Source of the DNA: a virus
Length of the DNA: 64,000 bases
Virus record (IMG/VR): IMGVR_UViG_3300022074_000013
Location: 1-64,000 of that record
Strand: one strand, 5' to 3'
Shown here piece after piece: positions 37,055 to 46,972 of this stretch; the stretch's first letter is position 1; each line of letters opens with the position of its first letter. The notes beneath the pieces are model-generated. The model was not told the origin of the DNA. It saw only the letters and a list, made by a program, of their open reading frames with translations, and searched no databases. The translations under genes and the position numbers were made by a program.

Positions 37055-37910
37055 GTTTAAAACATATAATGATACCGCATTTGAATTAATGCGTCCTGTA
37101 CCTGCAAGTAAAATGCAACCCGATTGGTGGAAAAAATCTAAAGTGCATATGATTGATAAAGGGGTGGTTGGGATATCATTAAGAGCTTGTCCTGCAATGC
37201 ATGATTGGTTATCAACAGGATATTATATCGCAACAAATAGAGATATACATTGTGAATTCAATCAAACTCTTGTAAGTGGTGGTGATTGGCATGCTACCGT
37301 TCCGCCTGACGGTGAAAATTTTGAAGCTTCATATGCTTCACCTACACATTCAAAACACCAACTAATGAATGATAATTTCTCATTCTTAAAAGGAGATGGT
37401 TCTGATGAAAATCCTCATGACGCATTCAAATTTAGAGTACCTTGGTCTGTAGTAACACCGCCTGGCTATTCTTGTTTATATCTTGACCCCTTTTTACATC
37501 AGAATAAATATTTTAGAACATGGCAAGGAACAATGGATACTGATATGTTTAATACCTTAACAGATAATACGCAGATTATTATGTATCCATTAAGTGACAA
37601 GTCTTTTGTTATACCTAAAGGAACACCCATAGTACAGATAGTTCCTTATAGGAGAGAACAGTGGACTGCGTCTTATATTAACATGGACGGGAGTGCATAT
37701 ATAAATGAAGTAAGTCATTTAACAAGTGAATACGGCAAACCTTCAATATCTGAATTGTGTGAAGTTGAGGGTGATGCAAGTTCGCCAGACGGACAGGTGC
37801 CTGGCGGATTTTACAGAAAATACATGTGGACGACTAAAGCAAAAAACTTTAAGGACGCTCCACCTAATGAATGCCCCTTTGACCCAAAAACAGGAGAAAT
37901 GAAAAAGTGA
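37041..37910 (+). CDS. Conserved phage protein with dUTPase-like beta-fold (DUF6065-like)
   Basis: RACPAMHD..GY, FKFRVPWSVVTPPGYSCLYLDPF, IPKGTPIVQIVPYRRE. Confidence 0.55.
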   Translation: MPTIEFKTYNDTAFELMRPVPASKMQPDWWKKSKVHMIDKGVVGISLRACPAMHDWLSTGYYIATNRDIHCEFNQTLVSGGDWHATVPPDGENFEASYASPTHSKHQLMNDNFSFLKGDGSDENPHDAFKFRVPWSVVTPPGYSCLYLDPFLHQNKYFRTWQGTMDTDMFNTLTDNTQIIMYPLSDKSFVIPKGTPIVQIVPYRREQWTASYINMDGSAYINEVSHLTSEYGKPSISELCEVEGDASSPDGQVPGGFYRKYMWTTKAKNFKDAPPNECPFDPKTGEMKK

Positions 37911-38545
37911 AATACGAAGGATATACAGAGTTCGAGGCTAATAAAACTAAAGGTGATAACAATGTTGGAGTTGATATCGATAGTTTATACGAAGGACAAA
38001 CTAATGTTCAAATAGAAGGTTTTGATGTAGGTACAGACGCCAGTACACCTGCTTTTTATATTTGGAATTCTATGAACTGGCACGAAGATACTTATTGTGG
38101 TTGGAAAACTTTTAAAGGTGAACAAGACCATAATACACTGTCAACAGTATGGGAAACGAGGTGGTGGCATTCAATCCAACCAGCACCTTACAAGTATGTG
38201 GGTGGCCCTTATAGAGCTGCTGTTGCAGATTATACTTTTGGTGTGTTTGGATTATTCTTTTGTCAAAGGTTTGTTCCAATTACAGATTTGAGAGTCACTT
38301 ATGACAAAGCAATTAAAGTAGGTGATACTATAGAATGTGTAATAACAAACACTGTAATTGAAAATGACATTTTGAAACAAGAGTTAATTCAAAGAATTTA
38401 CGGTAGTGATGAAATTGTTGGTCGTGCTTGGGCAAGTCACTTCATGAAGAAGAAAGAAGACTATAAAGAAAAACAACAAGACTTAACTGAATTAAATGGT
38501 GACGGTAATCGTGACCGAGGAAGGTACGGGGAAGATGTCAGTTAG
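37907..38545 (+). CDS. Putative hotdog-fold (thioesterase/dehydratase-like) protein
   Basis: GGPYRAAVADYTFG helix followed by TDLRVTYDKAIKVGDTIECV. Confidence 0.5.
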   Translation: MKYEGYTEFEANKTKGDNNVGVDIDSLYEGQTNVQIEGFDVGTDASTPAFYIWNSMNWHEDTYCGWKTFKGEQDHNTLSTVWETRWWHSIQPAPYKYVGGPYRAAVADYTFGVFGLFFCQRFVPITDLRVTYDKAIKVGDTIECVITNTVIENDILKQELIQRIYGSDEIVGRAWASHFMKKKEDYKEKQQDLTELNGDGNRDRGRYGEDVS

Positions 38546-39296
38546 ATTACTGTTTCCACATTACGTATTTCAAAGAAATATGTTAGACCCAAATCTTGAC
38601 GAAAGTCAAGGATATGATTTGGAGTATAACGAAATGTTAGTTGCAGAAGTTGACGCAATGCGTAAGCGTGACCCTAAAGGTAGACTTGTATCTAATTCAC
38701 CTAACCCTGCTACAATGCATAGGTCGGGTTGGCAGTCTAATGACGGTTGTGAAAGTAGTCCAGTCTTTCAGAAATGTATGAATCGTATCAGTAAGTTTTT
38801 TTCTGACGAGGTTTTACCTTTTCATGGTATTCAAAATTCTAATGGTCTTAAAATGAGGCCAGGCAATTCATGGGCAAACATAAATGAAACTATGTCTTGG
38901 AATAGACCTCATACTCATAATGGTTGTTGGTATTCAGGTGTTTTATATCTAAAAGCAGACGGAGATGAAGGTAACTTTTCTGCAATTGATACAGACTCTA
39001 AAGTTCTGTCTATGTTTCCGCACCACCAAAGAGTTAGAACTAATTGGGACGTTCAACCTAGAACAGGAGATATTCATATATTTTCTAGTGGTTTAATGCA
39101 TATGGTTGAACCTAATATGACTGACAAAGAAAGATATAGCATATCGTTCAATATGGATTTACATGACGTGGTAGGCCCAACTGGATTCTTTCCTGATAAT
39201 GGTGCTGGTTACTTTGGTCAAGACTTTACTGTTGATGAATGGAATCCTGATGAATTTTCATTTAATTTAGACGAAAGAGGAAATCCAATACGTTAA
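38535..39296 (+). CDS. 2OG-Fe(II) oxygenase (TIGR02466-like)
   Basis: Likely start MSVRLLFP; GWQS, SWANIN..WNRPHTH..WYSGVLYL, FSSGLMHMVEPN..RYSISFN. Confidence 0.85.
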   Translation: MSVRLLFPHYVFQRNMLDPNLDESQGYDLEYNEMLVAEVDAMRKRDPKGRLVSNSPNPATMHRSGWQSNDGCESSPVFQKCMNRISKFFSDEVLPFHGIQNSNGLKMRPGNSWANINETMSWNRPHTHNGCWYSGVLYLKADGDEGNFSAIDTDSKVLSMFPHHQRVRTNWDVQPRTGDIHIFSSGLMHMVEPNMTDKERYSISFNMDLHDVVGPTGFFPDNGAGYFGQDFTVDEWNPDEFSFNLDERGNPIR

Positions 39297-39312
39297 TTCC
39301 ATAAATAACCGT

Positions 39313-39582
39313 ATGGAAGAAAACCTAATAGCCTTTGACGCACACTTACTTTGGAATATAGTTCTAACCTTTATTCTCATGCCTTTAGGTTTCTTAATCC
39401 GTAACCTATTATCTGAACAAAAAAGAATTGATATTCTTATCAATAAAACACGTGAAGAAGTCGCCAAAGACTACGTAACACGTGAACAACTATCCAAAGA
39501 ACTAGAAAGATTAATGGATACCTTAGACAGAATCGATACCAAAATCGATAGACTACAGAATAAAACTTACTTCCAAGAATAA
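39313..39582 (+). CDS. Small TM + coiled-coil protein
   Basis: N-terminal hydrophobic helix; TREEVAKDYVTRE...LDRIDTKIDRL. Confidence 0.7.
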   Translation: MEENLIAFDAHLLWNIVLTFILMPLGFLIRNLLSEQKRIDILINKTREEVAKDYVTREQLSKELERLMDTLDRIDTKIDRLQNKTYFQE

Positions 39583-39586
39583 TTCT

Positions 39587-39594
39587 TATAAATA
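39587..39594 (+). promoter_or_regulatory. Late promoter (gp13)
   Basis: TATAAATA. Confidence 0.85.
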
Positions 39595-39618
39595 GTAGTA
39601 TTAAAGGAAAATACTACT

Positions 39619-40434
39619 ATGGCCGCACCAAATTCTAAAGACACATTTAAACAGTACATCAAGCGTGCTCTTGGAGCTCCAGTAATAGAAATCAATATAG
39701 ATGATGACCAACTGGACGACAGAGTAGACGAAGCATTACAATACTTTCGTGAATATCATTATGACGGTAGTATCAAAACATATTTAAAACACCAATTGAG
39801 TGCTAACGATATCGCTGGATTAAAAACAGACGAAACGTTTACAGAAAACGCAGCTGGTACTCACGCAAAAACAGACCAACAATATAAACAACAACAAAAC
39901 TATATTGTTTTACCTGAGTTTATATTATCAGTTATAAACATATTTCCATTTGCAGATAAACATAATCTTAATATGTTTGATATTAGATATCAATTAAGAC
40001 TCAACGACATATACGATTTAACAAACACTAGTATTCTATACTATGAAATGGTTCAACAGCATATCAGTATGTTAGACCAAATCTTAGTGGGTCAAACACC
40101 TATCAGATACAATACTCACATGAATAGACTATATCTTGACATGGACGCTGACCAAATCAACGCAGGTGAGTTTATCATTATAGAGTGTTACAGAAAGATA
40201 GACCCAAATGATTTTACAGACATATACAATGACATGTGGTTGAAAAGATATGCAACTGCTTTGGTCAAGTATCAATGGGGACAGAACTTATCTAAGTTTG
40301 GTGGTATCGCACTGCCAGGCGGAGTGGTGCTTGAACCCGATAACATAAAGACAGAAGCACTAGAAGAAAAAACAAGGTTAGAGGAAGAATCTAGATTGAA
40401 CTACGAAATGCCTGTATTAGATATGATGGGGTAA
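39619..40434 (+). CDS. gp13: Neck protein
   Basis: LGAPVIEINIDDDQLDDRVDEALQYF.EYHYDG, WLKRYATALVKYQWGQNLSKF. Confidence 0.95.
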   Translation: MAAPNSKDTFKQYIKRALGAPVIEINIDDDQLDDRVDEALQYFREYHYDGSIKTYLKHQLSANDIAGLKTDETFTENAAGTHAKTDQQYKQQQNYIVLPEFILSVINIFPFADKHNLNMFDIRYQLRLNDIYDLTNTSILYYEMVQQHISMLDQILVGQTPIRYNTHMNRLYLDMDADQINAGEFIIIECYRKIDPNDFTDIYNDMWLKRYATALVKYQWGQNLSKFGGIALPGGVVLEPDNIKTEALEEKTRLEEESRLNYEMPVLDMMG

Positions 40435-40437
40435 TAA

Positions 40438-41304
40438 ATGCCAACTAACGTATTCTTTAACCATGCAGTTCAGAGTGAACAACATCTATATGAAGATTTA
40501 GTTGTTGAATCTCTTAGAATGTATGGACAAGAGACATTCTACTTACCAAGACAGATAGTTGAAACAGATACTATTTTTGACGAAGACGTGCAGTCCAAAT
40601 TTGGTGACGCATACTCAGTAGAAATGTACATTGAAAACGCCGAAGGATTTGAGGGCGAAGGCGACCTCATGTCTAAATTTGGTGTAGAGATACGTGACCA
40701 AGCAACATTTGTTTTATCGGTAAGAAGTTGGGAAAGGTTTGTCGCCACAGACCAAAATTTAGCAACTAGTCTTAGACCTAACGAAGGAGATTTAATTTAT
40801 CTTCCTTTATCAGGTTCATTATTTGAAATTAAATTTGTAGAACACGAACAGCCTTTCTATCAAGTAGGTAAACTATTTGTATTTAAACTACAGGCAGAAC
40901 TATTTGAATACGCAGGTGAAGATTTTGATACTGGTTCAGACGCAGACTTTGTTGAGGCAGAACAAGCATACAGAGTTGACTTGAGAATGACCGCTGATGC
41001 ATCACCACCAAGTCCATATACTCTTGGTGAAAATGTAACATTAAATGGAACTGTTGTAGGTGAGGTTGTTGGATTTAGAGCTGACATAGCACCTGGCCAA
41101 TTAGAAGTAATACACGTAACTACTACATTTAAAGTTGGTGATACTATTGTTGGTGCAAGTTCGGGTACTTCAAGAGTTATCAATAGTATAGAAGATGTGA
41201 TATCTATGTCTCAGGACGGAAATGCTCAGAACTTAGACTTTGAAGGTAAAGCAGATAACTATCTAGACTTCTCAGAAACGAATCCATTTGGTGAGGTTAC
41301 ATAA
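40438..41304 (+). CDS. gp14: Neck protein
   Basis: EDLVVESLRMYG, SKFGVEIRD, RPNEGDLIY, FEIKFVEHEQPFYQ.GK, DFSETNPFG. Confidence 0.95.
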   Translation: MPTNVFFNHAVQSEQHLYEDLVVESLRMYGQETFYLPRQIVETDTIFDEDVQSKFGDAYSVEMYIENAEGFEGEGDLMSKFGVEIRDQATFVLSVRSWERFVATDQNLATSLRPNEGDLIYLPLSGSLFEIKFVEHEQPFYQVGKLFVFKLQAELFEYAGEDFDTGSDADFVEAEQAYRVDLRMTADASPPSPYTLGENVTLNGTVVGEVVGFRADIAPGQLEVIHVTTTFKVGDTIVGASSGTSRVINSIEDVISMSQDGNAQNLDFEGKADNYLDFSETNPFGEVT

Positions 41305-42350
41305 TGTTTGGTACACGTTTTTATAACGAAACAATGAAACGAGCAGTTTCAATATTTGGAACTTTGTTCAATAACATTGACGTTGCTGATATTAAAACAG
41401 ACGGAACTGTTTTGAATATAAGAAAGGTTCCCATAAGTTATGGCCCAAAAGCAAAGTTTCTTGCGAGACTTCAAAACGAAACAAATCTGAATGACGGAAA
41501 CAGAACTGCTATCTCATTACCTAGAATAGCATTTGAAATTTCAGGTATCGAATACGATACGTCTAGACAAAACAATAAACTAATTAGAAATACTAAGAAT
41601 ACTCAAGAGACTGATAAAGTCAATCGTAGGTTTCAATATGCACCTGCACCATATAATATAAACTTTACATTGTCTGTAATGGCAAACAAGATGAATGACG
41701 CATTACAGATAGTAGAACAGATACTTCCATATTTTCAACCCGATTACACAGTCACCATGAAAATGATAGACGATATGTCTGATAATAGAGACGTTCCTGT
41801 CATTTTAAATTCAGTATCGTTTGAAGATACTTATCAAGGTGGTTTCGAGGAAAGACGTACAATTACATATGACTTAGAATTTCAAATGCAGTTATACTTT
41901 TTTGGCCCTGTTTATCAAGGTAAGATTATTAAAAACGTTATCGAAAGAGATTACATTGGTGACGGTAATACAGGATTTACATCTTCCGAAATAACTAGCG
42001 CAGGTCTTGTAAAAGAAGTTAAAAGTTATGAACCTGCATTTGAAAATAGAACTAACAATGCGGTTTCAAATTCTTCAACAGTTACATTTACAACAGCACT
42101 AGACGCTGATATAAGTGTAGGAGACGAAGTATTTGGAACTGGAAATACAACTAATCCAACTATAAGTAGTATTGCAACTGATAAACTAAGTATGGTTCTT
42201 AGTGCAAATATTACTCTTGACGCAAACAAGAGTTTGAAATTTGTTGGTTCAGTAAATACTAATGATACGTTTGTAGTAGCGGAAACAGTTTCATTCTATG
42301 ACGATGGAACAAACAAAACCTACACAGACAACTTAACAGATGATGCATAA
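41304..42350 (+). CDS. gp15: Tail terminator / sheath stabiliser
   Basis: FYNETMKRAVSIFGTLFNNI, VPISYGPKAKFL, LPRIAFE, QIVEQILPYFQP. Confidence 0.93.
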   Translation: MFGTRFYNETMKRAVSIFGTLFNNIDVADIKTDGTVLNIRKVPISYGPKAKFLARLQNETNLNDGNRTAISLPRIAFEISGIEYDTSRQNNKLIRNTKNTQETDKVNRRFQYAPAPYNINFTLSVMANKMNDALQIVEQILPYFQPDYTVTMKMIDDMSDNRDVPVILNSVSFEDTYQGGFEERRTITYDLEFQMQLYFFGPVYQGKIIKNVIERDYIGDGNTGFTSSEITSAGLVKEVKSYEPAFENRTNNAVSNSSTVTFTTALDADISVGDEVFGTGNTTNPTISSIATDKLSMVLSANITLDANKSLKFVGSVNTNDTFVVAETVSFYDDGTNKTYTDNLTDDA

Positions 42351-42352
42351 TT

Positions 42353-42766
42353 ATGACAAAAAAAGTAGACGAAAAGTTAAACGACTTGCTCGATATTAAC
42401 ACCTCTTTAAAAAAAGAAACCAAAGCGGTTCCTGTGATTCGACCTGATAAAGAGCAGAACATAGAGACTGACTACAGGTATGCGAGAGAACACCTCTACG
42501 ACCTCATAGAACGAGGCCAAGACGCAATTGACGGTATCCTAGACCTATCTAAAGAGACAGAACACCCACGTGCCTACGAGGTTGCAGGACAGTTAATTAA
42601 GACTGTAGGGGAAACTGCAGAGAAACTTATAGACCTTCAAAGTAAAATGAAGAAACTAGAACAAGACGATACTAAAATCAGAGACCAACATAATCATTTA
42701 TACGTGGGGTCAACCAGTGAACTACAAAAGTTCCTAAAGAAAAATAATGGTACAAGCGAAGAATGA
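42353..42766 (+). CDS. gp16: Terminase small subunit
   Basis: DYRYAREHLYDLIERG, EHPRAYEVAGQLIK, LYVGSTSELQKFL. Confidence 0.93.
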   Translation: MTKKVDEKLNDLLDINTSLKKETKAVPVIRPDKEQNIETDYRYAREHLYDLIERGQDAIDGILDLSKETEHPRAYEVAGQLIKTVGETAEKLIDLQSKMKKLEQDDTKIRDQHNHLYVGSTSELQKFLKKNNGTSEE

Positions 42767-44348
42767 AGGTTATCTAGGCAACACGCAAATTAAACGTGTT
42801 GGTATAGAAACCAAATATACAGAAGAAGAGTTAGCGGAATACATGAAGTGTTCCAAAGACCCATGCCATTTTATTGAACAATACACACAGATTATCTCTC
42901 TTGACGAAGGTATGGTTCCATTCAAACTTCGTGGATATCAGGATAAACTAATTCAACATTACGACAGTAATAGATTCAGTGTCGTACTTGCAAGTAGACA
43001 GAGTGGTAAATCAATCACCTCATGTGCATATCTATTGTGGTTCTTATTGTTCCACCCCGAAGTAACTGTAGCTGTACTTGCAAACAAAGGTGCGATTGCG
43101 AGAGAAATGATAGCACGTATCGTAACTATGTTAGAGTCTGTTCCATTTTTCTTACAGCCAGGCGTAAAGATTTTAAACAAAGGTAATATAGAGTTTGGTA
43201 ACGATAGTAAGGTTGTTGCAGCTGCAACTTCCAGTAGTAGTATCCGTGGACTCTCAATAAATATGTTGTACCTTGATGAGTTTGCATTCGTAGACGATGC
43301 AGAGACATTCTATACTGCAACATATCCCGTTATTACATCAGGTAAAGATTCAAAGGTTATTATTACTTCCACTGCAAACGGTGTGGGTAATATGTTTCAT
43401 AAAATATACGAGAGTGCAGTACATGGACAATCAGAATACAAAGACTTCACAATTAACTGGTATGACGTGCCAGGCAGAGACGAAGCATGGAAAGAACAAA
43501 CAATTGCAAACACCTCAGAAGCACAGTTTGAACAAGAGTACGGAAACTCGTTTTTGGGAACTGGTAACACTCTCATTAACTCGAATACTTTACTTGGGTT
43601 AAAAGCATATGACCCTGAATGGTCAAAAGAAGAATTCTACATGTATGAAAAACCCATAGAAGGTCACCAATATGTTATGTGTTGTGACGTTGCGAAAGGG
43701 AGAGGTATCGACTTCTCAACGTTTAGTATCTTTGACGTATCTTCTAAACCATTCAAACAAGTTGCGACATTTAGAAACTCTTTAATATCACCATTATTGT
43801 TTCCCGATTTGATTGCAAAGTATGGTAAAGCATATAATGACGCAACTGTTATCATAGAAAACAATAATGAAGGAAGTATTGTTGCGTCACAATTGCATTA
43901 TGATTTAGAATATCCTAATGTTTTCGTACAAGGACAACTAAAAGCAGAAGATATTGGTGTAACAATGTCTAGAAAAATCAAAAGAATTGGTTGTTCTACA
44001 TTAAAAGAACTATTAGAAGAAGATAGATTGCAATTATTAGACAGATGGACTATCACTGAGCTCATGACTTTTGTAAATAAGGGTAGAAGCTTTGAGGCTG
44101 ATAGAGGTTATCATGACGATATGGTAATGACATGTGTACTATTTTCATGGTTTGTAACTACAGATTACTTCTATCATTTAACAAATTATCAAGTCAAAGA
44201 GTTGTTATATTCTGAACAGCAGAAACTTATTGAAGAGGATATGTTACCTGCAGGGATTTTCGGGGACAGACCGATAGAAGAAGAGTCTTTTGTAGATAGT
44301 TCAGGGGATAGGTGGTTTGCTGACCCGTTAGACAATATAAAGTTATAA
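42747..44348 (+). CDS. gp17: Terminase large subunit
   Basis: Walker A SRQSGKS, Walker B LYLDEFAF, ITSTANG, nuclease DVAKG/HDDMVM. Confidence 0.97.
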   Translation: MVQAKNEGYLGNTQIKRVGIETKYTEEELAEYMKCSKDPCHFIEQYTQIISLDEGMVPFKLRGYQDKLIQHYDSNRFSVVLASRQSGKSITSCAYLLWFLLFHPEVTVAVLANKGAIAREMIARIVTMLESVPFFLQPGVKILNKGNIEFGNDSKVVAAATSSSSIRGLSINMLYLDEFAFVDDAETFYTATYPVITSGKDSKVIITSTANGVGNMFHKIYESAVHGQSEYKDFTINWYDVPGRDEAWKEQTIANTSEAQFEQEYGNSFLGTGNTLINSNTLLGLKAYDPEWSKEEFYMYEKPIEGHQYVMCCDVAKGRGIDFSTFSIFDVSSKPFKQVATFRNSLISPLLFPDLIAKYGKAYNDATVIIENNNEGSIVASQLHYDLEYPNVFVQGQLKAEDIGVTMSRKIKRIGCSTLKELLEEDRLQLLDRWTITELMTFVNKGRSFEADRGYHDDMVMTCVLFSWFVTTDYFYHLTNYQVKELLYSEQQKLIEEDMLPAGIFGDRPIEEESFVDSSGDRWFADPLDNIKL

Positions 44349-44351
44349 ATA
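44344..44351 (+). promoter_or_regulatory. Late promoter (gp18)
   Basis: TATAAATA. Confidence 0.85.
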
Positions 44352-44390
44352 AAACAGTAAACAACTTTTGACATTAACAGGAGAAAAAGT

Positions 44391-46421
44391 ATGGCATTTC
44401 AAGTATCACCAGGCGTACAGGTTAAAGAGATTGACCTTACAAATGTTGTGCCTGCAGTATCCAGTACAACTGGTGCTTTCGCAGGGACATTCCAATGGGG
44501 CCCTGTTGATGAAGTAGTAACAATTTCAGACCAAAAGGGACTAGTAGAGAATTTTCACGAACCTGCTAACACCAACGGAGCTGCAGAGGACTACTATTCA
44601 GCTGAAGGATTTTTAAGATATGGTTCTTCTCTAAGAGTAGTTAGAATAAACTCTACAGGATTGTTTAGTGCGAATTCAGCTGGACATGGTTCAACGCTAA
44701 TAAAGAATAGTGACGAATATGTTCAATCTTACCAAAGTGGTGCCTTATCAGGTACAGCAGGAAGGTGGGTAGCCCGTCACGCAGGAGTTTTAGGAAACTC
44801 CTTAAAAGTATCTGTTTGTTCAACAGCAACTGCCTTCGAGACAGACAACGCTGGAACATCTACAGGAAATAACGCAGTTGGAGCGCTTTCAATAACAGGT
44901 GTTGCAAACGCAACTACATTGTTTAGAGTAAGAGATATTATCACATTTGATAATCACTTAGGACAAGAATACAGAATTACCGCAAGTTCAGGTACAACTC
45001 TTACTATTGAAGCAATTAACCAACCTGCAAACACAGGATTAACAACAGCAGTTGACGGTTCAAGTACACCAGTCAATATAAACAGGAAATGGGAGTTCCA
45101 TTCTTTCTTTGATAAAGCTCCAGGCACTTCCGCATCTGCAGCTGCTGTCGGTGCATCATTAGACGAATGTCACGTAGTAGTAAGTGACGAAGACGGTGTG
45201 TGGAGTGGAACTCAAAACGAAGTTCTAGAAACATTCGGTTTCGTATCACTTGCAAGTGACGCTAAAGACGCTCAAGGTGCATCAAACTACTACAGAGACG
45301 TAATTGAAAGAAAATCAACATACGTATACTGGGCAGGTCACTCTACAGGAGATGACGGTTCACCAGTAACTGGTACTCACGATAGTGGTAATGAACACAG
45401 AACATTAGCAGAATCTTTATCAGATGGTTTCGGTGTAATGACTCTTCCAGTAAATGACACACTTTCAGGTGGTTCAAATGGTAGAATGCCAACAGCCGCT
45501 GAGAAGTTCGGTGCATGGTCAACACACTTCGGTGACGCTGAAACAGTAGATATCTCATTCTTAATCGTAGGTTCTTCAAGAACTGATAACGGTTCGGGAA
45601 CAGAACAAGATATCTTAACAGATTGGACAACTTTAACAAACCAAGCGATTCTTCTTTGTGAATCTAGAAAAGATTGTATGGCAATCGTATCACCAAGAAA
45701 GAATGACGTAGTTGGAGTTTCCTCAGAATCAACACAATCCGCAAATGTAATTGCCTCCGCTAATACTGCAACAAGTTCTTCTTATTCAGTTATGGATAGT
45801 GGTTGGTTATACATTTACGAAAGATATAACGACAAATACTGTTGGATTCCAGGCAATGGACATACTGCAGGTCTAATGGCAAGAAGTGACTTATTAAGAG
45901 ACCCATGGTTCTCACCTGCTGGTTTCTCAAGAGGTCAATACTTAGGTGTAACTAAACTTGCATTTAATCCTTCACAATCGTCTAGAGACGACTTATACAG
46001 TGCAAGGGTTAACCCAATTGTTACATTCCCAGGCCAAGGAACAGTCCTATTTGGTGACAAAACTATGTTATCAACACCTTCTGCATTCGATAGAATCAAT
46101 GTAAGAAGATTGTTCATAGTCCTAGAAAAGGCAATCGCAACTGCCGCTAAAGCACAACTCTTTGAATTCAATGACGCATTCACAAGAGCACAGTTTAGAG
46201 CTGCTGTAGAACCTTTCTTAAGAGACGTGAAGAACAGACGTGGTCTTGTAGATTTCCAAGTATTATGTGACGAAACAAACAACACTGATAGTGTTATCGA
46301 TAGAAATGAATTTGTATGTTCTATCTTCGTTAAACCTAACAGGTCGATTAACTTCATTACATTGAACTTTGTTGCCGCTAGAAGTGGTGTAGAGTTTAGT
46401 GAATTATACGGTGCAGTCTAA
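44391..46421 (+). CDS. gp18: Tail sheath protein
   Basis: MAFQVSPGVQVKEIDLT, FQWGP, PWFSPAG, FDRINVRRLF, FEFND. Confidence 0.97.
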   Translation: MAFQVSPGVQVKEIDLTNVVPAVSSTTGAFAGTFQWGPVDEVVTISDQKGLVENFHEPANTNGAAEDYYSAEGFLRYGSSLRVVRINSTGLFSANSAGHGSTLIKNSDEYVQSYQSGALSGTAGRWVARHAGVLGNSLKVSVCSTATAFETDNAGTSTGNNAVGALSITGVANATTLFRVRDIITFDNHLGQEYRITASSGTTLTIEAINQPANTGLTTAVDGSSTPVNINRKWEFHSFFDKAPGTSASAAAVGASLDECHVVVSDEDGVWSGTQNEVLETFGFVSLASDAKDAQGASNYYRDVIERKSTYVYWAGHSTGDDGSPVTGTHDSGNEHRTLAESLSDGFGVMTLPVNDTLSGGSNGRMPTAAEKFGAWSTHFGDAETVDISFLIVGSSRTDNGSGTEQDILTDWTTLTNQAILLCESRKDCMAIVSPRKNDVVGVSSESTQSANVIASANTATSSSYSVMDSGWLYIYERYNDKYCWIPGNGHTAGLMARSDLLRDPWFSPAGFSRGQYLGVTKLAFNPSQSSRDDLYSARVNPIVTFPGQGTVLFGDKTMLSTPSAFDRINVRRLFIVLEKAIATAAKAQLFEFNDAFTRAQFRAAVEPFLRDVKNRRGLVDFQVLCDETNNTDSVIDRNEFVCSIFVKPNRSINFITLNFVAARSGVEFSELYGAV

Positions 46422-46432
46422 GGGAGAAATAA

Positions 46433-46930
46433 ATGGCAACAATAGATGAATTTAAAGCGCAACTAATCGCTGGTGGCCCTAGAGCTAATAGGTTCCGAGT
46501 CTTCATACCTAGAACAGGTAATAAGATAGAGTTTCTATGTCAAGCTGCTCAGATTCCCGCTATGACTGTCGGTCAGGTCACAGTTCCATTCAGAGGAATG
46601 AACTTGAAACTTGCTGGAGACAGAACCTTTGAACCATGGGCAGTTACTGTAATCAACGATGTTGAATTCAGTGTAAGAAATGCCCTAGAATCATGGCAGT
46701 TGGATATCAGTCAGTTAGACTCAGGTATCGGTGCGATTAATAACGATTACTTGTTATCACGAGCATTCGTTGAACAGTTAAACAAAGATGACTCAGTCCT
46801 TGCGAGATACGAATTCTTCAATATGTTCCCTCAAAATATCGGTGGTATTGAACTGAATATGGGAACTGCTGACGAAGTTGAAACTTTTGAAGTTTCATTT
46901 GACTATTCTCACTGGGAAAGAGTTATTTAA
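46433..46930 (+). CDS. gp19: Tail tube protein
   Basis: GGPRANRF, VPFRG..LKLAGDRTFEPW.VTVIND, FP. Confidence 0.95.
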   Translation: MATIDEFKAQLIAGGPRANRFRVFIPRTGNKIEFLCQAAQIPAMTVGQVTVPFRGMNLKLAGDRTFEPWAVTVINDVEFSVRNALESWQLDISQLDSGIGAINNDYLLSRAFVEQLNKDDSVLARYEFFNMFPQNIGGIELNMGTADEVETFEVSFDYSHWERVI

Positions 46931-46959
46931 TTAAAGTGAAATACACCCTTTTAGGGGAG

Positions 46960-46967
46960 TATAAATA
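46960..46967 (+). promoter_or_regulatory. Late promoter (gp20)
   Basis: TATAAATA. Confidence 0.85.
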
Positions 46968-46972
46968 TTAGT

